NCBI GenBank assembly: GCA_051362555.1
Contig: CM120647.1
Span: 18,576,651-18,640,650, forward strand
Source of the DNA: Lingula anatina
Taxonomy: Eukaryota > Animalia > Brachiopoda
Direction of reading: 5' to 3'
DNA length: 64,000 bases
Shown here: positions 26,901-39,600 of the stretch, in pieces
Layout: every line of letters begins with the position of its first letter
Numbering within the stretch: the first letter of the stretch is position 1
Translations under genes and position numbers: made by a program
Notes under the pieces: generated by a model
Database searches by the model: none
Seen by the model: the letters and a program-made list of their open reading frames with translations, nothing else
What the model was told of the DNA's origin: nothing

Positions 26901-27536
26901 CCTAATTACATTTCTGGCCCCTCAACATGAGCTTTGACATCTGAGTTGATACGTCATGCCTCATAGATTTAAAAAAAAAAAAAAATCTTAGAAATGATTT
27001 ACTTTTTAATCGCAATTAATTCCTTGTTTGTATTAATTCTGAAATCTCTACTGTTCACTCCCCAATGGCCTAATTTTCACTTTATAACTAATCCTCATCT
27101 TTTATTTCGCAAAAATTTTCCAAAAAGCAGGACAGTCTTATTCACCTACAGCCAGAAGCGTAAGAAACCATTCCAACCAATAAGGATTTCAAATACTGCA
27201 AATCCACTAATGGAAAATCAAATTGCATACTTTGCTTAGTTCCATTGCTCTCCTCAAGCAAATTTGTTACATCTTTCAGTACAACTGGAAATCACTAGTG
27301 ACTACAACATACTATATTCCTACCCAAGCTCATAAACGGAGGGATTTTATTTGACACATCCAGTCTTTTGCTGTTTTCTTAACAAGAAGCAGGGTTTTAG
27401 TCCTCTATTAATAATGTCAATTAGAGAATTATCATTTCAATTAATGTAATATCAGTGTATTAACTGGTATCACTGCTACAATATTTCTAAATTCCCCAAA
27501 GCTTCTCGCATTCCCTCCAAACAGAATGCATCTCTA

Positions 27537-27739
27537 CCAATGAGACTGCACGTAGCAAACTCTACTTCACCAATGAGACGCCATGTTACAAAGGGGCTTT
27601 ACAGCAACCACCAGTAGGATACAATGTTACATGTCACCAATGAAAATTTACGGTACATGTAAGCCTTAATTTAACCACCAATGAGAGGCCGTGTAACAAT
27701 CTGGTGAAATAATTTCAGCCTATAGAATGCTGTGTTACA
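27537..27739 (+). promoter_or_regulatory. Array of six CCAAT-N10-GTTACA-like composite motifs
   Basis: Units at 27537, 27570, 27611, 27637, 27678, 27719, immediately 3' of the Vac8-like stop codon. The repeat is seen directly; regulatory function is inferred. Confidence 0.45.
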
Positions 27740-27742
27740 TCT

Positions 27743-30700
27743 TTAGTGCATTTTCTGTATCACATTTCCAGCCAGCTCCTTGATAGCCTGTGAGGTATTG
27801 GAGGACAGAATATCCTCTAGAAGTTTATGCAAACGTGTCTCAGTCATGAAACTCTCTTTAAAGCTTGGGTCTGAAATTAAGAACAAAATAAGTTCAATGC
27901 TTGGGTCCAAAATGATATAGTAATTTAAAATAAATAAACTTTCGAAGTTGATTAGACATAAATGTTAGATTTATTTTTAAACTTAACATCTTGAATGAAA
28001 TTTGCCCCAGAACAAAAATTAACATTAACAAATCAAATCAAATAACTCACTGTTAAGCAGCTGTTGTAAAGTCCACAGGGCAATGTGAACAAAACTGGGC
28101 TCAGGATTCCCAAGGAATTTGTCAATGTAGAGAAGTAAACCTGGAGTATTTTTGTCTAACAGATCCTCTTCAATGTCTGGAACGTAAGAAGATAAGGTCA
28201 GTATATTAGAAGAAAGCTCACAGAATTAAAACCAGTTATACACATCAACCAATGGTTTTAGACAGATTACTTGCCAACCAAATCAACCAGTTTCAGATGG
28301 AATACTTCTCAACTAAGTAAAGGGATAATTTTATATGGAGTACTTACCAACTAAGGAAAGGGATAATTTACATGGAGTACTTACCAACTAAGGCAATCTG
28401 CCCTATAGTTCCTGCACAGTTGTACTGCACTTCAGAGTTTCTTGACAGAGAAGCCAGGGAGACCAGCTTGCTGAAGACTTTACCATCCTGAATCTCAAGA
28501 AGTCGCTGTTTTGTATCATCTGTAAAAATAAACACAGTCATATACTGCTTGGTACACCTACTGGGAATAAGTGTTGAACAACAGCAAGAGAGCGATTTAT
28601 GTGTTATATTTTTAGAAAGCCTAAAAACACATTCAGCTAGTTGGTGGTCAGTAAAACTGAAAATCAATAGGGAAGAATAAAATAATACAACCTTTAATTT
28701 TCATTTTTTTTTCTTTTGTTGACAGCAAAAACAAGTAACTTGGTATTTCATCATGATTTTTAAAAATTTTAATTTCAGAAAAAACATGTTTTCTGGTTGC
28801 CTGTAAAACTGAACATTTAAAGTAGGTGGCCTAATTGTGAGCTAGGAATAAACAGAAACAACTCTGGTCTGTTCGAAACAAGGACAAAGAATGTTGCTAC
28901 TGCTCATGATGATGATGATGATGATGATGTTAATGATGTCAATAACGATTATGATTATGACAATGTTGATGATGATGATGATGATGATGTTAATGATGTC
29001 AATAACGATTATGATTATGACAATGTTGATGATGATGATGATGATGGCCTAACTGTTCTGTGAACTCACCTTCATCAGCCAGCACAGCTAATGCTGCAGA
29101 CACCTCACTCTGTACAGGGACTGGAGTGATAGGGGTGAGCAACACTTCTGCCAGGGCGTCTACACAGCCGCATGATGCTAATACCTAGAATAGATGAATA
29201 CAGCAAGGGATTAAGATTTTGTGGTTGACCTATAAATCGGCAGTCAAAGCTGGTTCACTGATAAATGCATGTACATGTATACACGCACAGGCACACACCA
29301 CAAACACAAGATAAAAACTTTGTTTAACGCTAATGTTTAAAAGAAATATGGCGTATAGGTGAGAGGCTTCCATGCAACAGAACTGCAAGTGATACACCCA
29401 CAGGCTATAGGCCAACAGGTAATAGGCATACAAGTGATAGGATCCAGTGAGACTGGCACATATTAAATAGGCCCACTTTTGTATATCACACATTGATGAT
29501 CCCCCCAAATTTCCCAACAATTAAACCCTGCATTCCTCACCCTTATATGGTCCCCTGCTGCAAGATTTCTGATTGTCCCGGCGGCGTGGCGTTGTGCTTC
29601 GGAATTATCCATCTGTGCCACAACCCTACTGAGATCTGGCAAAAAATCTTGCGATATAATAGGAATCTCATTGGCCTTGTGTATGGACAAATTGCGCAGA
29701 CAGGCAATGGCGGCGGTGAGGATGTCTCCCGTCCCACTTTTGATCATCTTATGCAGGACGCCTAGTCCTCCAAGACGAACTATGAGAAGTTGATTGTCTG
29801 CATCCGAGGCGAGATTTCTCAGTGCTAGACACGCTTGGCACTGTACCTAAGGAAAAAGAAGAATAATCATGAGATGTCCTTATCATCATTATCCAAGGTG
29901 GTTTCCTCAGAGAATTTTATTGGTATTTCTCACATCATTTGCCATTAATCAGTAGGTTTTGTTGTCCCTAAACAATGTTTTGTGTGTGATTTTAAATATT
30001 TGATAAGAAATTTCCAATTAGTAGACAAGGTTCAAGACAGAAAGTTATCTTAAGTTTGTAGCTAATTATTATTATTCTCTCTAAAATAGCATATTCATAA
30101 TAAGTGTAATATTTGAAATTTGTGTACTATACAACTACCAGTACTCATATTAAAAAAAAAAATTAATTTAACACACACACATATCCAAATTTTAAGATAT
30201 TAACATTTTAAACTAAATCCTTTAATTTAGAAACACCAGTGAAAACAACTCACCCTAACCACAGGAGAGGAAACCAGACTAATCAGCTGTACCATGACAT
30301 CATAGTAACCCACGGCAACCATCATGGCTCGATGTTTCTCGTTGACGGCCATATTACTAAGAGCCGCAGCGCAGTAGTATTGAATATCTGGGTCGCGAGA
30401 TTGCAGAACATCAACTAGGATAGGCATTGCCCCCTTGGATACCAGTTCATTTCTAATAGATTCTGGAATTAAAATCACACTAATTATTTTTCAAACCTCA
30501 TAAAATGGGCACACCATTATCATTTGAATTACACCCCTTTTTTTAGTTCTTAATTACTAGTTTTACCACTACAAAAGTAATTTACCAGTCTCCATCTCCA
30601 TAACCAGAGACTTGAACAGAAACGTAACAGACTAAAAGACTGTAACTTTCTCAGCAGTTTTGTATTGGGCCTACCCTCATCTGGTGATTTAGACAACGCT

Positions 30701-31357
30701 TTAAACTTATTTGCTTATTTAAAGGTCTTATGCTCATTGTGGGCCATAAAAACCAAACAGATGTCTAAAGGTCTTTTAAAAAACAGGGAGGTCTCTGTCC
30801 TACTGCTTTCCACTTACGTAAATGTGTAAGATTGAGTATGGCTCCTGCTGCATTTCTCTGCACGCGAATGTCAGCGCTCTTGGCCAGTCTGAGTAATGGT
30901 TTAATGGCGCCAGACTTGGCGATGGTCAGTTTGTTGTTGTCTGAAGTGGCAAGAGTAGTGATACAGCCACACGTGTTGCACTGAACTTCGAAATTTTTTG
31001 TTTCCAGGAGGCGAACCAATGCCCTGATGGCGCCACTGGTCAGGATCGTGGTCTTGTTGGATTCTAGAAAGAGAAAGCATAATAACTGATGAAAATGGCC
31101 AACCACAATTTACATGTCAAATCTTATTGATGCTGTTACTGAACTGTTATAAGATGTAATAAAGTTGGTGTCGAGACCTCTGATGGAAGACTTCTGGTCT
31201 CTGATGATGTAAGTGATAAGAGTATTCAGGAAGTCTGGCAATGATATGGCTTTTAATTTAACAGTTCACAATATAAACCAAGAAAATGTGAATACATCAA
31301 CACAGTGTGCTTGTGAGAGAATTAGAGAGAAAGAGACAGAGAGATTAAAGTGAGATG

Positions 31358-31414
<57 letters not shown>

Positions 31415-33619
31415 ATTGCAATTCATTCAAAATATTGCTAGAAAAATCACTTTTTTAACAGAAAACACCTATGTATCTCTTCATCTAGAACTATGGACAA
31501 TTAACACCTCTTATGCAACAGTCACATTAAGGTTTTTTTAAATCTTGATACTAAATCATTCATAATGTGTTAATGAAAAGATAACACCCAATCAGTATTT
31601 TACCACCAAGGCAGCCGATCTTAAATTAACAACTGCTATTTTAAGCACTTTAAAACACAAACAGCAGCTGCTGTTAAATCCAGATATATTGTTGATTCAG
31701 AATTAAGAAGGTGGTAATACAGTGGTTATTTATATACTCAGTAAAACCTTGTGAAAATTTTATGAGTAATTGCGAAATTGCCAAACCCTGTAACTGAAGT
31801 CAGGGGGTCCAACACGGAATGACTTTGTGGTTCTATTCACAACCAAGTTGAGCCGGGCCTAGCTGAGCCAAGGCTTTAATATGGCATGGCCTACTTTAAA
31901 TCATGCCACATGATCCCTGCAGAGATTGGACGTATGGGAGGGAGGGGGATCCATAATCCATTAGGGGATTGTGCAGCATGCTTTCAAGTGTGCTCCATAT
32001 ATGAGCAGCAGCTCAGTTAGGCTGGTTGTGAACTAAGCCTCTGTTAAGTGTTCTCCCTGACCACCATAAATTATGCACAACCTCCTATTACTTTCATTCA
32101 AAGACAGAAAAGATAGATCACAAGACAGCAGAGCTGTCACATGTACAAACATAAGGCAGAAAATAAACATTGATAGTACACTGTTAAATTAGGTTTTCAT
32201 CAATTTTGACGCAATAAGACAATGTAAAGATAGGAGAAGGCAGATGGTAAAAAGAAAGGACAGAGAAAATACTGACCTGGTCCATTCAGGGCAAAGTTGC
32301 TGATGGCCAGAGAAGCTGCCCTCTGGACCTGGACGTCCTTGCACTGGAGTAGGTGGATCAGAGGCTCCAGTGTCTCCGAGGTCACTGCCTCCGTCACTGG
32401 AATAATACCAATACATGAGCAGAGAAAGCTGGGATTATTTACTTCTCAAAGTCTGATATTCTTGTATTCAAGATTTAGTTGCTTAACAATGTTTTGCGTG
32501 GTTAATATGCATCTGGGTAATCTCAGCTGCACGGCATACAATGTGTTAGTTGTGACAAAAGCAATTGAACTCCATGTCTACAATACAATATCTCAAATCT
32601 CATTTCATTTTGGGAATAATTCAAATTGAAATTTTAACAGAAGCACTAACAGATTATTTTATGAGCACAATCAATGTCCAATGCCTCTGACATTGATTGT
32701 GCTCATAAAAAGTGTCATGGACTGTACTGCTAGTGTCACAAATGATGCCTCAGACCAGCAAATGTTAAGGACTGTATTACCAATATTACGGTCTGTACTG
32801 CCAATGTAAATGACAGTACTGCTTGTGTTACAAATGCCTTTAGACTTGTGACTAATGTCACCTGATGTACTCACTTCTTTCGCTTATTTCTGCATAGCAG
32901 AGAGCAGCGGACTGTTGAAGCTCATCGTTGTCTGAAAAAGTTAGCACCCTCAGGGCTCTCAGCCTCTCTTCATTGATGGTGGGACTGTCCCCCAAATCTG
33001 TGAAAAAGAACATCCAGCTATTTATTCATTTTGTTCAATTTTATTTTATCGTTAAAATTATTTTTATAAAATGACAGACTAAAAAGTTCAAAAGTACAGA
33101 GTGAACTTCTGAATCAGTCACTTAATTAAAGAATTATTCAATAGAAGATCATCATTATGACAGTCATTTGATTTTTTTGTTTCTCTCTCTCTCTCTCTCT
33201 CCCACATAACTTAAGTGCTAGCCTTTAGAGCCCTATTCTCATTCTATACATATCAGTCACATGAATTCTTCTCAGACACGACAAGCTTCACCAAAAAGTT
33301 ATAACTCTCCACATCTACTCTCTAAGCTCAAGATAAACTGCTCATTAACTACCACCATTAACAGTGGGAGAGGCTATGATTTTTTTTTTTTTTGTTTTGT
33401 TTTTTTACTTTGATGGGTCAATAATGATCAGATGGCAAGAGAAGATAAAACGTTAAAGAAAGATTAACCACATTGAAAAAAAAAAAGGAAAATTTAGGTT
33501 TAGGCTCTGACTAAAATAAAGGAAAGAATATTTGGGCTCTGTCAAAAAAAAAAAGGAAAAAAGCCTTCTGGGCTCTGTCAAAAATTAGGACAAAAATATA
33601 CAACTCTGGGCCCTGTCAG

Positions 33620-33660
<41 letters not shown>

Positions 33661-36600
33661 GCAAAGGTTAACACTTTTACTGGAGAAGGGAAGTTATCAG
33701 ACAGATCAACCAACTAGACTGAAAAACAACTTAATACCTTTCAACAAAAAGAAAAAAAAACAGAGAAAGAGAGAGAGATAAAATCAATGCAAAAGTGAAA
33801 AATGCCCTTTTGCCACCCAAGAACAATCATATTACTTCCTGGAAAGAAAACCGCTGAACCACAAAAGGTGTCCCCCAGTAATTCTCAGAATCTAAGGGCT
33901 TACTGATGGTTAACTATATGAACTTGCACTGGCATGTTTAATGCTCAAACAAAGGTCCATTAAGAAGTAGAAACAAATAAGTGCAGGAAGTAAGGAAGAA
34001 TGAAAGCAATGAAGGGAAAAAGGAAGGAGAGGATGGAAAGAAAGAAAAGGAGGAATAAAGAAGAGAAGGAAAGAATGCAAAGAAAAAGAAATTTCAAATA
34101 AATAAATTAATAATCACTATAACAAAACAAAAAGACATGAACAAGTGCAAGATGGTAATTCTACAAACTTTACTCTATCCATAAAATGACTTACAAGGTG
34201 TCAAAAGTTTACTTAATTAATTTTTCCATTTAGTTATAGAGCAATGGCAAGTGTTTATTAAGGTTACATATATCCTAACAGCTATTGATGTGGGTTTCAT
34301 AGTTACTCTTCATCTCAGACTGAAACTGCCAGGGAACACAGACCATTACATAAGGTAATGGCTCAAAAATTTCAGTCAACTTAATTTTCAAACATTCAGA
34401 TTTTCAATGAATCACATCAAAATCACACATATCTGGACATAACTCTCTTTTTACAACAAACCCTGAACTATATTTTCAGGTTTAACCAATAGAACACTTT
34501 AAAAGGAACATAAGACCTAGTAAAAAGTTTTGCCCAAATTCAAAGAGCAGTTATCGTACCTTTTATCTCTCACTCTTCAAATACCCAGGGTTTATGTACT
34601 TATCATTGGTAACAAGAGATGCTAGGTGTACTTTTAAATAAGTGTTGGTCTTCATAAAATGTACAACATAGGTGTATTTGAATGTGTGCAAATCTGTGTG
34701 TATTCATGAACCGCATGGACACCCATTTGATAAAATAGCATTCTTACATTGCATAATCTTTTCAAAAGAGAGAGATTGAGCAAAGGATGTAGGACACAGG
34801 AATAGACAGACTGGGGAAAGAAATTAACCAGGCCGGAGGAACAAATAACTATATATTGTGTTAACTAAGCCACATTAAAAAATAAGGGTCCACTTTCATC
34901 AACAAGGGATAGCACTATCCTGCACTTAAAAACAGTTATCCTCTTTATAGCTATAAAATTGATTGAAGGTCCTTATGGTAGTTTATCCACAGGATCCTAG
35001 CCTTGCTGAATGCTATCAGATTAAGGCTGTATTCCCAGAGCTTTTAGATCGATCTATCCCCTGTCAGATAATCCGGCTTAAATGTCCGCCCCGCCTACTA
35101 CAAGCTGTAAGGGGGTAATTAACTTTCGTGTCCGCCCGACTGACAGCTATTTAGCGTGAACCCCCAGGGAGTTAGGTCGATCTAAAGTAGATCGATCTAA
35201 TCTCTGGAAATGGGGTCTAACAGACCAACTAACAGGCCTAATTCTCTTGTTTTAAACATACTTGTATAAGAACCACCTTTTCTGTATTCTGCTCCATATG
35301 CCAGAAGACATGCACATGTTAATCTGTAAAACCTGATTGCATTTATTGAAAATCTCCACAAAGTTGGATAGATTTATGTAGAATGATAGTTTCAATTGGA
35401 ATGGGTCCTAAGACCTCAGCTGCCCCATACACCACCATTCATTGGAACAGAAGCAAGACACGTGTCCTTAAATTGGCCTCCAGCGGTTGGAAATCGTATT
35501 TATTCATTCATGAGGACACCAGTTCTTCCATGTCAATGAATTTGTTCAGATCATCAATCCATAGAAATACAAATGTCAGTAAACAAAAAGGAAATTGAGG
35601 AAAGCTCAGGCAAACAACCCATAGAACACAAGTGGTGATATGCGGAAACTGAAAGACCAGGAAAAAAATAGACATGACAATGACCACTGGAGGAAACTGA
35701 AAACAGAAACATCAGGCAAGCAACTCATAGTGAATCATATTTCAGTGCACAGAAAGAGAGCAATCAATAAGACCCCATTCCCACAGATTTTAGATCAATC
35801 TATCCCTGTGGGGAGTCTCACTAGATTACTGTCAGCTTAGCCGGCTTAAATGTCTGTCTCGCCTACTAAAAGCTGTAAGGGGGTACTTAACTACCGTGCG
35901 AGCTCGGCTGACAGCAATTTAGCGTGAACCCCCAGGGAGTTAGGTCAATCTAGATGGATCGATCTAAATCTATGAGAATGCACTCTAAGAAGCAGCAAAA
36001 CAACTTATAGAAATACAAACGCCAAAACACTGAAACAAAGCTCATGCAAGCAACTCATAGAAGTACAAATGTCAGGACATAGTTATAAGTGCAGAAAGTG
36101 CAAGAAGTTCAGGCAAACAATGCCATTTGTTATCAGCATGATATAACGCTGACATTAAGCAAAAAGAAGCCTTTTCTGCACTTTAAGGATTTTATAGCTC
36201 AAGGAATTATACACACAGTACATGCATGGTTTCTTTCTTTTTTTTAAAATCTATTGCACATACACAAGCAGTCAATTTATATTCAAACAGACGCAGAAAT
36301 TCACATTTAATTTAGAACTGCCTAACTTGACTAGAAAAATGACTCAAAATACCACATTAGGGCAATCTAAATTGACAAGAAATACTACTTAACAGATCAT
36401 ATTTGGTAAAAATAACTTGACCAGAAATGTGACAAAGAAACTTGAATAAGTGGACAATAGTAAAGACAAGAGACATGACTAAGGAAAGAACAACCTAACT
36501 TGACTAGAAATTTACCTCAAGAATACATATATGCTATCTCTACTTGCATTGAATGCAATGCACAAAGTCGGAAAGCGTGTAACAAGACCATGCAAGGCTG

Positions 36601-39600
36601 AGTTAGATTAATACACCAGAGATATATCAACACAAATCATATATGTATCTTTCCACAAAGACGGTGCCTCACCCAACTGCTGTCAAATTCCGCAATTGCA
36701 GCTCAGGTGACCACAATTTATTAGCAGTCGCTGGACAGAGTGGGGGATAGCGTATTTACAATGACCACCTCCCTTAACTTAAAATCCACCTTAAGGATTT
36801 TATCTCTATCAAACCATACATTAATCTTTACACAAATTATGGCCTCTCATTTGGCTGTTGGCTTTAACCCTTTGAAGTCTTCGGTCAGACACTGAGTACA
36901 AGAATCTATAACCAGAAAGAGGCTGAACTTGTCTTTGGGTTCAAGGATCATATTTTTTTTTTTAATGAGAACTCGGTATTTAATTTAGCTGAAACTAACC
37001 ATGACCAATGAAAATCTTGAAAATTTATCATATCTTAGTATTCTGAGCAGTGTTTTTCTCAAACTCTTGTGTATTTCAATGAAAGTTTATACTTTATTTT
37101 TCTTGATTTATATTTGAATGCCACTAGTTGGAACTTGTTGATAAGTTAGGCTGATTGTCAGTGCCAAAAACTTATCTCCCAAACTGATCATTTTGGATTT
37201 TTCCTTAAACTTTTTTTATTTATTTATCCTTAAACTTATTTAAATGTTAATAAATAGACAATAACATACACAAAAACATCCGTAAAATGCAAAAATTACA
37301 GCGAAAAGAAAATTTCCAGCAAAAATAGAACAAAAATACTAGTAAGTGAATTTGCAAACTAAAGCACGTGTTGTCCTCGACTACGAAATCTGATACGAGA
37401 CAAGCGGACTTGAGCCGTGCTTCCTGTGTTAGTCTGTGCGGAAGTGTCCTGACATGACTCAGTACACCGATCCCACTGAATTAACACCAGATTTCCCAGT
37501 ATTTGCCTTCAAATCAATGCAAATAAATCAGACCTAGTGTACAATAATGCCTAATAAACTGCGCAGAATAATGTTAATTTTCTAGGAACCCTCACTTGGC
37601 CTAAGAAATTTACTGTTTTTATTCACCAATTTTGATCAGACCCCCCCCCCCCCAAGCCCCATTCCCAATTTTTGGTTATTTACAAAATGCACCTACAGGC
37701 ATCAACCAACAAATTTTCACAAAAATAAAATGAAAAACAACTAAACAAAACTGTAATATCCAAATAAATTAAACAAATTACAAATAGGAAACAACTCAAA
37801 TCCAAACAGTCTACAGAACATTTTTTTTCAACTTCATATTTCAAGATTTATAGTTACTTATAAGTAGGCTATCACACTTACTGAAGTGGTTTGAGATTTT
37901 CAGGTTTTTATCTAAGGTCAACTTTCCCCTTCAGTTCACTGTGAAACAGACCATTTGCCTGAACAGTTAAGTCAGTTGGCCAAAACGGCACGAAGATATA
38001 GCTTATTTACTTAACAAATTCAATACACTACACTGAGAGACTATCATTTGCTCTTTGAAATACATTTTCAAAAAGTTATCAGATTCTGGACTCCAAAGAA
38101 AGGATAAAACACATGCTCTCTCTCCCTTCCCTCCCTCTCTCCCTCTCTGTCTCTCTCACATACAACTAATGGTTCATGGTGACAGATATGAATACAAATG
38201 TACTAGTAGAAGAGATTGGTAGTAATAGTATCATTCAATACAATACATAACATAAAAATTAGATACAATACAATATATAACATTAACAAAAGATACAATT
38301 CAATACTATACAATTTAAATAAGATATTATACAATATGATATAATACAAAACATAATATTTAAATATGATACAAAACAATACAAAATAAAACATGGCTTT
38401 GAAGTATGTCAGAAGTATGTCTGTCTGCAAAAAAACAAAGCAAGTTGCTTATCAGCATATCTTATTTCTTCATTGTACAGTAAAATTTCTTCAGGTTTAG
38501 GGCCCGGGATCACAATCATGCAAAATATAAGAATTATAACAATTTGTCAGATTTTTTTAGCTGTTAAATGCAAACAATCTTGGCTATCTACATTTCTTCT
38601 AATAGTACTAAATGCTTAGTTAATAGAAAGTAAATAAGTGAAGAAACTAAATTCAAGCATGTTTTACAATACATGTCATCCCATGTCCATTTCTGTGTGC
38701 AATTTTTCTTTTTTCTTTTCTTTTTTTGTGTGTGTGTGACACTGGCCAATTATATATTTATGAAATTGTTTTTGTCAAATATTTTGAAAACAAGTTTTCA
38801 TATACATGTTCATAAAAAAAAAAAAAAAAAAAAACTGCAGGATACGTACATGTGCATGTCATGAGGGGCAACAATTTATATTATAGGCGGATGTAATGAA
38901 AACATCACGCAAAAAAGATCTTATCATTACTCAAGACTCCTTCCAGCAATTCAAAGTTTTAAATAATGGCTAGATTTCTTCCGGATAAAGGACCGATTAA
39001 TGACACCTTTTAAAGGCGTGCATTTGGTGTTGACCTTTACTGGCAAAAAAGTATAATTTTTAGAAAAACTTCAACAATTATCTTTTATTTCCAAGGTATA
39101 CCCTATCCAAAACTGTATAAAAATTATGATCATGGCTATAAGCCATTGACATGCATGTAACAGAAATATTAAAACTTTTAACTCAAAACAGGTTGTTGGA
39201 TCGTACTTTAATTAACAGTTTTGGTAGAGCATACCACCATTATTGAGGAATGTGTTGAAATTACCTGAAAACTTCTCTATTTCTATAAATTTTTTTTCCT
39301 ATAAAAATGTGTAACACAACCATTCGGCTTTCATTTTACTCCTTGTTCCCTGTGATAAGGATACCATGGCATCAAAAACAGTATCGGCTGTTTGTGTCAG
39401 CTGAAAAATTTTTAGACAGGTCAGTGCCCTTTTCGAGAAATAACTTGCCCCGTGTAGACAGATGTTATCTTCTGCTATTAATGAACACCTGTAGCACACA
39501 AGTATCATTGATCATTGGGCCCTACTATACTGTATATTCATTCACTTCCAGGCCACTATTTCTGTTTTGGGTCAGTAGAGTCTACATTCTCTACTGAAAT

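Noticed and set aside
31080-31215. CTGATGA motifs as hammerhead ribozymes (also about 10427 and 48081)
   Set aside because: No flanking helices with a correctly placed GAAA core could be built by eye.
31350-31541. ERERER ORFs (also 46708-46991, 50108-50308) and the CVCVCV ORF at 8389-8589
   Set aside because: Translations of dinucleotide microsatellites.
35257-35560. Possible decayed coding or LINE fragment in the Vac8-like intron
   Set aside because: No recognisable protein motif, and the frames I read are short or interrupted by stops.
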